A DNA stretch of 29,299 bases from Bryobacteraceae bacterium (GTDB lineage Bacteria; Acidobacteriota; Terriglobia; Bryobacterales; Bryobacteraceae): contig JBKJLJ010000107.1 in assembly GCA_046597015.1 (NCBI GenBank), forward strand, positions 1 through 29,299, written 5' to 3'. The notes under the pieces are model-generated. The model ran no database searches. It was not told the origin of the DNA and was given only the letters and a program-made list of their open reading frames with translations. The translations under genes and the position numbers were made by a program. The number at the start of each line of letters is the position of its first letter. Position 1 is the first letter of the stretch. Positions 9,005 to 16,842 of the stretch are shown piece by piece.

Positions 9005-9574
9005 ATGCTCAGATTCAACCTCGAATACACCGCCGTGATCCTGGTCGACCATCAGGTCGGGACCAACACTTGGGCCAGCTCCACTCCGCTCGAATTACTG
9101 CAAAGGAATGTGATCATCCTGGCGAAGTTCGCCCAGGGGACCGGAATGCCGGTGGTGCTCACGTCAAGTCAGGAAACTAACGTGAATGTTCAGGGGCCCC
9201 TCATGCCCGAACTGAAATCCATCCTGCCGGAAGCCTTCGCCGCCCGCATCAAACGCCAGGGTGTGGTCAATGCCTGGGATGACGAAAATTTTGCCAATGC
9301 CTGCCGTAACGCCGGCCGGCGCAATCTGGTGATGGCGGGGGTAACCACAGACGTTTGCATGGTGTCACCAGCCATCAGTGCGCTGGAAGAGGGCTTCCAC
9401 GTCCAGGTGGTTTGCGATGCATGCGGGTCGTCGAATCAGATTGCGGAAGAGATGTCTTGGCGACGGATGGAGGCTGCCGGAGTTCGCCTCACCAGCACCA
9501 ACGCCATCGTCGCCGAGCTGGTTAAGAATTGGGCCAGCCCAGCCGGCGCCGTGGCTTTTCCGCTGCTGACGTAG
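9005..9574 (+). CDS. Isochorismatase-family cysteine hydrolase, YcaC-like
   Basis: SD AAGGAG 7 nt upstream. Catalytic D (LVDHQ), R (IKRQG..NAW) and C (AGVTTDVC); VVCDACGS. Confidence 0.9.
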   Translation: MLRFNLEYTAVILVDHQVGTNTWASSTPLELLQRNVIILAKFAQGTGMPVVLTSSQETNVNVQGPLMPELKSILPEAFAARIKRQGVVNAWDDENFANACRNAGRRNLVMAGVTTDVCMVSPAISALEEGFHVQVVCDACGSSNQIAEEMSWRRMEAAGVRLTSTNAIVAELVKNWASPAGAVAFPLLT

Positions 9575-9589
9575 AAGGAGGATTCGGCC

Positions 9590-9735
9590 ATGAGTAATCT
9601 CTTTCAAGCCTGCAAAAGTGACGCCACCATGGCACAGACGGGCTCCGGCCCGCCGTATGCGCGTCGCCCTTAGCCGGTCCCAATGGCCTACTCCCAACCG
9701 GCCGAGGCTCATACGTTACCGCCGAAGGGCCCCGA
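9590..9735 (+). pseudogene. Possible decayed 5' remnant of an Old Yellow Enzyme (NemA-like) gene, or a 27-aa small ORF
   Basis: Strong SD (AAGGAGG) before ATG 9590 gives MSNLFQ..., stopping at 9673. A shifted frame reads RMRVALSRSQWPTPNRPRLIRYRRRA, loosely resembling the OYE N-terminus (MAPLTRxR...PN..M..YYxQRA). Confidence 0.3.
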
Positions 9736-9828
9736 AAAACCCAGCGGCGATCAAATGCCCCCATTCCTCAACAACCGCTGGAGCCGCAAGCCGAATCCCT
9801 CTTGCGCGGCAAAAACAGGACCGAAAAT

Positions 9829-10764
9829 ATGAAAGCGATTCGCATCCATCAATACGGGGATCCGGACGTTCTGACCCTCGTCGACGCGCTTCAGCCCGTC
9901 CCCACCCCGGATGAAGTTCTCATTCGTGTCGTAGCCACCTCGATAAATCCCATTGACTGCAAGATCCGCGCCGGCGGGATGACCCGGAGCCACCCGCTTG
10001 TGCTTCCTGCCACGCTCGGCTGGGATGCGTCGGGCATCGTGGACTCCATTGGTGCCAACGTGACCCGCTTCAAACCCGGCGACGCTGTGTTCACCTGCCC
10101 GGCGTTCGGAACGCCCGGTACCTACGCCGAGTTCGTGGCAGTTAAAGAGTCCCAAGTCGCTCTGAAGCCGAAGACGATCTCTTTCGTGGAGGCGGCCGCG
10201 CTGCCCATGACGGCCCAGGCGGCCTGGATGGCGGTGATCAGCGTGGGACAGGTCTCAGCCGGTCAGCGCGTGCTCATTCACGGCGCTTCGGGAGGGCTTG
10301 GCTCGGTCGCCGTACAACTCGCCAAGTGGCGCGGTGCCTACGTCATCGGCACGGCATCCCGCGACAATCTTGAACTCGTACGTTCGCTCGGGGCGGATGA
10401 AGTCATCGACTATCGGAGCACGCCGTTCCAGAGCAGGGTCCGCGACGCGGATATGGTGCTCGACACCATCGGCGGGCAGACGCAAGAAGACTCTTGGGCG
10501 GTGCTCAAACCCGGTGGCCTGCTCGTAGCCACCGCGATGCCGCCGTCGCCCGAACGCGCCAAGGCAGCCGGCGTCCGTGGAACATTTATCTTTACTCAGC
10601 CCAGCGGTGACGTACTCACGCAGATCGCCGAGGTTGTCGATACGGGCAAGCTGCGCCCGATCATCGGTGGGGAGTTCGCTCTCAACGACGCGAGCAAGGC
10701 ACACGAGCAGAGCGAATCGGGCCGGGCGCGAGGAAAACTCGTGCTCTACGTCGGACAACCATAA
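9829..10764 (+). CDS. NADP-dependent oxidoreductase (MDR superfamily, quinone oxidoreductase-like)
   Basis: MKAIRIHQYGDPDVL, SINPIDCKIRAG, LGWDASG, GTYAEF, Rossmann LIHGASGGLG, RARGKLVL. No Zn-ligand Cys set seen. Confidence 0.92.
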   Translation: MKAIRIHQYGDPDVLTLVDALQPVPTPDEVLIRVVATSINPIDCKIRAGGMTRSHPLVLPATLGWDASGIVDSIGANVTRFKPGDAVFTCPAFGTPGTYAEFVAVKESQVALKPKTISFVEAAALPMTAQAAWMAVISVGQVSAGQRVLIHGASGGLGSVAVQLAKWRGAYVIGTASRDNLELVRSLGADEVIDYRSTPFQSRVRDADMVLDTIGGQTQEDSWAVLKPGGLLVATAMPPSPERAKAAGVRGTFIFTQPSGDVLTQIAEVVDTGKLRPIIGGEFALNDASKAHEQSESGRARGKLVLYVGQP

Positions 10765-10776
10765 AGGTATTCAGTC

Positions 10777-11244
10777 ATGAACCTATTTACAGCCATCACT
10801 ACCGCATCCAACGAAGGCGAGAGCATGGATACCCTCGGGCCGCATATGACCGTGAAGCTTTCCAGCGCGGCAACCAATGGCCTCTATTTTCTCGCTGTCG
10901 AAGAGACTCCGCCGGGAGTGGGTCCCGCGCTCCATGTGCATCATCAGCAAGATGAGCTCTTCCACGTCCTGGAGGGCCACTACCGCTTTCAAGTGGGATC
11001 GCAAACCGTTGAGGCACCCATGGGTACGACCGCGGCCGTTCCACGCGGCACGCCCCACGCTTTCGTGAATGTGTCAGATCAGCCGAGCAGACTTCTCTTC
11101 GTCTTGTCTCCTGGTCTCGACGCCGAAGGGTTCTTTCGAGCACTCTCTCGACTGCCACAAGACGCTCCTCCCAAACCTGTTGAACTGGCCGCGATCGGCG
11201 CCAAGTACGCTACCGAATTCGTCGGCCCGCCGCTCAGGCGCTAG
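10777..11244 (+). CDS. Cupin domain protein (quercetin dioxygenase-like)
   Basis: GPALHVHHQQDELFHVLEG (HxH...E) and VPRGTPHAF (second cupin motif). Confidence 0.88.
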   Translation: MNLFTAITTASNEGESMDTLGPHMTVKLSSAATNGLYFLAVEETPPGVGPALHVHHQQDELFHVLEGHYRFQVGSQTVEAPMGTTAAVPRGTPHAFVNVSDQPSRLLFVLSPGLDAEGFFRALSRLPQDAPPKPVELAAIGAKYATEFVGPPLRR

Positions 11245-11304
11245 AAATCAGACCGAGAACCCACGAACCGGTAACGGCCGCTTGGGGCCATCTCTAGTCC
11301 CTCC

Positions 11305-12114
11305 CTATTTCCCCAGCGCCCGAATCTTAATACTCCGAAACCACGCCGCGTCCCCATGATTCTGCAGCGTAATCGGGCACATCTTCACCGGCTGATTCGC
11401 CAGCGCCTGATAGATCAACGACTCCTTCGTCCACCGGTCCGCCGTCTTCGCCAGCGCCGCCGGCGAATCCATCTCCCCTTCCGCCACCTTCACCCCGTTC
11501 AGCCAATGCTCGAAATGCTTCCCCTTCACCATCACCCGCGCCTGGTTGAACTCGCCTACCGGCTTCGAAGCCGCCTGCGCCGCCGGAACCATCCCATACA
11601 GTGCGCCCGCCTGATAGTAAGCACCCCGCTGCGCGTCCTTGTGCTTGGCGTTGTCGATCACCTGATACTCAAAGCCCACGATGTACTCCTGCGTCCCGTC
11701 CTTCCGCGTCCCCTTCCGGTTCCGCACCGCGTCGTTGGCCAAATCCTCAAACTTCTTGAACTCCTTCATCCGCCGTTCATCCAACCAGAACCGATCCTGC
11801 ACCCGATACTTCACCCCGCTGTTCCCGCCCGGAGAAATCTTCCACTCAAACGCCAGTTCGAAATCCGCATACTTCGCCGCGGAAAACAGATCTTCCCGCA
11901 ACTTCGGGTGCGGCACCGACTTCAAACAGCCGTCTTCAATCACCCAACCATCTCCCGGCGGCGTCGCCTTCCGAACGTCCTCCCAACCTTTCATCGACTT
12001 ACCGTCAAACAGCAACTTCCAGCCCGCCGCTTTCTCCTCCGCGGTTAGCTGATTCGGTTCCGCCGCGCTCAAGGTTGCGGCCATCATCAAAAAGAGGGAA
12101 AAACAAATACGCAT
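11305..12114 (-). CDS. Secreted DUF1080 (3-keto-disaccharide hydrolase-like) protein
   Basis: Signal peptide from ATG 12114; GWKLLFDGKS..GW, YADFELAFEWKISPGGNSGV, EYQVIDN, HWLNG, ITLQNHGDAAWFRSIKI. Confidence 0.9.
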   Translation of the reverse strand: MRICFSLFLMMAATLSAAEPNQLTAEEKAAGWKLLFDGKSMKGWEDVRKATPPGDGWVIEDGCLKSVPHPKLREDLFSAAKYADFELAFEWKISPGGNSGVKYRVQDRFWLDERRMKEFKKFEDLANDAVRNRKGTRKDGTQEYIVGFEYQVIDNAKHKDAQRGAYYQAGALYGMVPAAQAASKPVGEFNQARVMVKGKHFEHWLNGVKVAEGEMDSPAALAKTADRWTKESLIYQALANQPVKMCPITLQNHGDAAWFRSIKIRALGK

Positions 12115-12157
12115 AGCCTCTAAACTACCAAAGCTCGTCTTGCGACATAATCTCTGC

Positions 12158-13036
12158 ATGCGCCTTGCTCTCCTTCTCGCCGCCCTCGCCCTCCCAGCCT
12201 TCGCCCAACCCTTGAAATATCCGCCCATTCTCGCCGGTGCTCGCGAAGAAGTCTACCAGCGCATCGGCGATTTGGAACTGCGCCTCTGGATTTACAACCC
12301 CGCCGGCCACGCCGCCACGGACTCCCGCCCCGCCATCGTCTTCTACTTCGGCGGCGGCTGGGCTAACGGCTCCCCCGCTCAATTTGAAAACCAAGCCAAG
12401 CTCCTCGCCTCCCGCGGCATGGTCGCCATCACCGCCGACTACCGCGTCGCCTCCCGCCATCAGGTCAAAGTCGATTCCTGCGTCCGCGACGCCAAATCGG
12501 CCCTCCGCTACGTCCGGCTCAACGCCAAGCGGCTGGGCATCGACCCCAACCGCATCGCCGCCGGCGGAGGCTCCGCCGGGGGCCACCTCGCCGCCCCCAC
12601 CGCCACCGTCCCCGGCTTTGAAGAAGCCAGCGAGATCGCAAAAGCCAGCTCCCGCCCCAACGCTCTCGTCCTGTTTAACCCCGCCCTCGTCCTCGGCGCC
12701 GTCCCCAACGTCGACCTTCCGGTGGACTCCATCCGCCTCTCCGAGGAACGCTTCGGCGTCCCCGCCGTCGACCTCTCCCCCTTCCACCATCTCCAACGCG
12801 GAGCCCCGCCCACCATCATTTTTCACGGCGAAGCCGATACCACCGTCCCCTTCCGCACCGCCGAACTCTATCGGGATAAAGCCGTCTCCCTGGGCGCAAA
12901 ATGCGAACTCGTCTCCTACCCCGGCCAGACCCACGGCTTCTTCAACCACGGTCGCGCCAACAACGAATACTACGACAAAACCACCCGCCGCATGCTCGAT
13001 TTTCTCACCGGTCTCGGCTATTTAGCCGCCCGGTAA
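12158..13036 (+). CDS. Secreted alpha/beta hydrolase (HSL/BD-FAE-like esterase)
   Basis: Signal peptide (AFA-Q); oxyanion FGGGW, nucleophile GGSAGG, HGEADTTVP, HGFFN. Confidence 0.9.
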   Translation: MRLALLLAALALPAFAQPLKYPPILAGAREEVYQRIGDLELRLWIYNPAGHAATDSRPAIVFYFGGGWANGSPAQFENQAKLLASRGMVAITADYRVASRHQVKVDSCVRDAKSALRYVRLNAKRLGIDPNRIAAGGGSAGGHLAAPTATVPGFEEASEIAKASSRPNALVLFNPALVLGAVPNVDLPVDSIRLSEERFGVPAVDLSPFHHLQRGAPPTIIFHGEADTTVPFRTAELYRDKAVSLGAKCELVSYPGQTHGFFNHGRANNEYYDKTTRRMLDFLTGLGYLAAR

Positions 13037-14661
13037 TCGAGCACCTGCCCATCTTTTTCCAGCCTTCCCCGCAGCTCGGCATACGGCACATCCTGCACCG
13101 CCAAGCCCTTTTCGATCGCCATCACCGCCGCTGTCGCCGCCGACTGGCCCAGAATCATAAACACCGGCTCCATCCGGATCGAGCCGTAAGCGATATGCGA
13201 ACTCGATAGGCAAACCGGCACCAGCAAATTGGCCACCTGCCCCCGCTTCGGCACGAGCGACCCATACGAGATCTGATAAGGCCCATTCGTGCTCACCCCG
13301 ATATCGCCCTCGTTCTGCACGTAGCCTTCCGGCGTAATGTAGCGCTGAATATTGTGCGAATCCATCCCGTACGAACCCATCCCCACCGGCTCCGGCGTCG
13401 CCCGCTTTTTCAGCAGTTCATTCTCGGTCATCACATACTGCCCCGTCATCCGCCGCGCCTCGCGGATGTACATCTGGTGCGGCCAATGGGCGCTCCCCTG
13501 GAACTCATCCTTCGCCAGGCCCCACTTCGCCATCTCGGTCCTCACGTCCTCCGGCACCCGCGGGTCATTCGCAATGAAATAAAGCCACCCCTGCTGATAC
13601 TGCGCGTGTTCCTGTTCAATCTCCTTCCGCCGCGCATAGCTCGCTTCCGGATAGTCCCAGTTCCGGCCGATGTTGTCCGTGCTGAAAGGGCCATGGTTGT
13701 TCGTATCCGTCTTCCCGTTCGGAATCGCATCGAACTTCTGGAACGTCTCCCGCCAGCCGGCTTCGAAGATGCGAGCCATCAACTCATACTCCTTCGGGTC
13801 ATATCCGGCGGGCTTCGCAAACGGAACCCGGTTCTCCGGCACCTTCGTCAGGCACATCCGGAAGCAGTAAGCCTGAATCTTGTTATCGGCCTCCCCGTAG
13901 TTCCCGGGCGGCGCGGTGCTGATCCGCGCCAGCACCCCGCTCTTGGGGTCACCCGGCACGACATAGGGCGAAATCGCCGTCTTCACGGCCCCAAAATGGT
14001 GCCGGTGGTGCAGCACGCCCGTTTGTACGCCGGCCCACTTTTCGTTGTAAGTGCTCACCGCCTCCCGCCCCACGTGATAGCTGACGCCAGCCGCAGCCAT
14101 CAGGTCGCCTTCGTAAGTCGCATCCAGGAACATCTTCCCGGCGTAGGTCTTCCCGTCGAGCATAGTGATGGAAACGATCCGGTCGCCCTTCTTCTTGACG
14201 CCTTTTGCCCGATCGAGCCAGGCGTTCCGAACCACTGGGATCTTGATCTCGTTCACCCACTGTTCGTAGACCTGTTCGGCCACATGCGGCTCGAAGATCC
14301 ACATGGTCCGCGATTCTTGATCGAGCGCGACGGTGCCTTGGCCCTGATTGCCGAACTCGGCTTGCTTCTGCCATTTCCAGGCTTCCGGCTTGGCGTAGTG
14401 CTGCCAGACGCGATGGTAAAACTCGCGCGAAAGCCCCCCGATGACGGCCTTATTCCCGGAGTCGGTCCATCCCAAGCCCCCCGCCGTCAACCCGCCCAGG
14501 TGCTTCTCCGGGCAAACCAGGACCACGGTCTTGCCCATCTTCTTCGTCTGCACCGCCGCCGTCACGGCCCCCGATGTGCAGCCATACACGACGACATCAA
14601 ATTGCCGCGGAGCGGCGAAGGCACCTAGAGCCAGCATCGAAAGGAGAAAGAGCGTTTTCAT
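13018..14661 (-). CDS. Exported FAD-dependent oxidoreductase (FAD_oxidored family)
   Basis: SD GAGGAG; signal peptide; Rossmann DVVVYGCTSGAVTAA; FLDATYEGDL, GREA, QAYCFR, YIREARR, SSSHIAYGSIRMEPVFM. Confidence 0.92.
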   Translation of the reverse strand: MKTLFLLSMLALGAFAAPRQFDVVVYGCTSGAVTAAVQTKKMGKTVVLVCPEKHLGGLTAGGLGWTDSGNKAVIGGLSREFYHRVWQHYAKPEAWKWQKQAEFGNQGQGTVALDQESRTMWIFEPHVAEQVYEQWVNEIKIPVVRNAWLDRAKGVKKKGDRIVSITMLDGKTYAGKMFLDATYEGDLMAAAGVSYHVGREAVSTYNEKWAGVQTGVLHHRHHFGAVKTAISPYVVPGDPKSGVLARISTAPPGNYGEADNKIQAYCFRMCLTKVPENRVPFAKPAGYDPKEYELMARIFEAGWRETFQKFDAIPNGKTDTNNHGPFSTDNIGRNWDYPEASYARRKEIEQEHAQYQQGWLYFIANDPRVPEDVRTEMAKWGLAKDEFQGSAHWPHQMYIREARRMTGQYVMTENELLKKRATPEPVGMGSYGMDSHNIQRYITPEGYVQNEGDIGVSTNGPYQISYGSLVPKRGQVANLLVPVCLSSSHIAYGSIRMEPVFMILGQSAATAAVMAIEKGLAVQDVPYAELRGRLEKDGQVLDYRAAK

Positions 14662-14732
14662 AGCGACTCCTCTATCCTATGCCGAGGACAGCTATCGCGC
14701 TTCGGACGCCTAACAAGGAAAGCTCGATTGGC

Positions 14733-15560
14733 CTAAAACTCGCTGCCGCTGGTGATGTTCTCGTTCAGGCCGTTGTCCATTGAGAAGGTCTTGTGAGCCA
14801 CCCAGGTTTTCGAGCGCGGAAAGAGGGACGCGCCATCGCCGTTCAAGTCGAGATAGACCTAGCACCGCGAGAGCGGCACCTGAAAATGTCCTTGTCGGCG
14901 GGTTTCTTGCCCGGCGGGTAATGCCCCTCGGCTTCAATAGCATGGCGCTTCTCGGACACGCCAAAAGTGATAGTACCGATGTTTGCGGGGCTGCCCGAGA
15001 CGTGTGTCATCTGCTGGGTGCCGGCATCGAACAACAACTTCGGTTTGTGGACAGCGTCTCCGTTCCAGGTAGTCTCAAACTCGATGTAGAACTTGAAGGC
15101 GGGCTGGATTAACCCGAGTCAGAGGTGGACCGTCATGGGGCCTTTGCTTTCGAGTTGGAAGGCACCGAGGAGGGTTCACAGCGCAGTGAGCTGGACGTCG
15201 AAGTTCCCTTCCAGGAGACGAACGTTTCGAGGTCTGAGTCTGAGGTGTAGAAACGTGACCCAGCCGGCGAACGTAAGAATGCCGCCGACGAGCACCGTGG
15301 CTAGGCCGGGAGCGAGACCAACGACGGTGGTCCCCGCACCGGGACCCCAAAGGGTCATCGCGGAGCCAATGCCAATTAGGTCGGCACCGATGCCGACCAT
15401 GGCGGAGTAGTCGTTGCGGGCAGCCAGGGCGTACGAGTCGTTGCTGTCGCAGGCTACATTGGCTACTGCGGAGGCGATGCCGGCCTTCAAGAACAGTTTC
15501 GCGGCCTTCTGCAAAAAAGAGGCCCCACCCGCCCGCCCCATCCAGTTCTCCCGCCACCAT
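14733..15560 (-). pseudogene. Decayed 3' part of a large gene with glycine-rich hydrophobic helices (VasX/colicin-like membrane-toxin appearance)
   Basis: Hand reconstruction gives one protein-like reading of roughly 260 codons. It is broken by frameshifts at T-runs (about 15251-15253 and 14883-14886), a compensating shift near 15215, and in-frame stops at 15178-15176, 15121-15119 and 14861-14859. It ends TAG 14735-14733. Confidence 0.6.
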
Positions 15561-15645
15561 CTTGCCCGCTGGGCCGAAGCCCTCCTCCTCAAAACTTGCG
15601 TTAACAATCTTGAAATGTGTGTCGAAGTGTTTAACGAGGTTAGAA

Positions 15646-16842
15646 ATGCACGCCACTTCCTTTGGCTACAAAGTCCTGCTCGTAGAGGACAACGCCGGCG
15701 ACTCCGAACTCATTCAGCAAATGATGCTCGAAATGGAGGGCCTCACGTTTCAAGTCCAATCGGCCCGGTCTTTGCTCGAAGCGATGCAGCACCTCGCCGC
15801 TCCGGACCGGCCTGACCTCATCCTGCTCGACCTCTTCCTCCCCGATAGTCAAGGACTCGATACCTTCGCCCGGGTCTTTGAAAAACATTCCCACATCCCC
15901 ATCATCGTTCTCACCGGGTTGCAAAGCGATACGATCGGCGTCGAAGCCGTCTCGCGTGGCGCTCAGGATTTCCTTGTGAAAATGGAACTCAGCTCCGACC
16001 AACTCGCCCGTTCCGCCCGCTTTGCCATCGCCCGGCGCCGCTATGCCGGCGCCGAAGCACCTGCGCTGTCTACCTGCCGCTCGGTCGGCTTCGTCGGCGT
16101 GAAAGGGGGCGTCGGCACAACTTCGCTGGCCTGTTGTTTCGCCTCCCGCCTCAAGCGCCAGATCGATTCCGCCGTGCTCGCCCTTGATTTGGAACTCGAA
16201 AGTGGCGCTCTTGGCTTCTTACTGCAAGCCACCTCCTCGTTCTCGCTTGCCGACGCGGTCGAAAAACTCCACCAACTCGACCAGGAATATTGGCGCCGTC
16301 TGGTCTCTCCGGGCGCTGGTGAGTTCGATGTACTCCAGTCGCCCGCTTCGGTGGGACGTCTCCGCCGTCCCACTGCCGAAGCCGCCGCCTGCGTCTTCCG
16401 TTTTGCTCGGACCCAATATCAATGGATCGTCGCCGACCTCGGCCGCTATAACGAATTTTCCGCCGGCCTCGCCATCGAGTTCGACACGCTGGTCCTGGTT
16501 ACCAGCCCCGATCTGCTCTCTCTACGGGCTACCAAGAAGGTTTACGACACTTTAGTGGATGATGGCTTTCCGCTCGACCGCATCCGCCTCGTCGAAAATC
16601 GTGCCCCCGACCGCCACCATTCTTTGATCGCCGATGTGACGGGACAGCCCGCCTTCCACACGGTCCCGGAGCTCCCTTACAGCCTCACCGATTGCTTCCT
16701 CCATGCCGCCCTCAGCCGCGATACCCACGGCGACCACGATTCCCTCATCCTCCTCACCGCAAAGCTCGCCGGCCTCCCGCTATCCAAACTCTCCTGGGTA
16801 GAGCAATTCTACGGCCTGTTTCATCGCCGAGTGGCCGCATGA
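15646..16842 (+). CDS. Receiver domain fused to a CpaE/TadZ-like (MinD/ParA-family) ATPase domain
   Basis: SD GAGGT. Intact REC (VEDN, LLDLFLP, VLTG, FLVK). Then deviant Walker A GVKGGVGTTS (16102-16122), DLELESG, WIVADLG and TSPDLLSLRATKK. Confidence 0.88.
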   Translation: MHATSFGYKVLLVEDNAGDSELIQQMMLEMEGLTFQVQSARSLLEAMQHLAAPDRPDLILLDLFLPDSQGLDTFARVFEKHSHIPIIVLTGLQSDTIGVEAVSRGAQDFLVKMELSSDQLARSARFAIARRRYAGAEAPALSTCRSVGFVGVKGGVGTTSLACCFASRLKRQIDSAVLALDLELESGALGFLLQATSSFSLADAVEKLHQLDQEYWRRLVSPGAGEFDVLQSPASVGRLRRPTAEAAACVFRFARTQYQWIVADLGRYNEFSAGLAIEFDTLVLVTSPDLLSLRATKKVYDTLVDDGFPLDRIRLVENRAPDRHHSLIADVTGQPAFHTVPELPYSLTDCFLHAALSRDTHGDHDSLILLTAKLAGLPLSKLSWVEQFYGLFHRRVAA

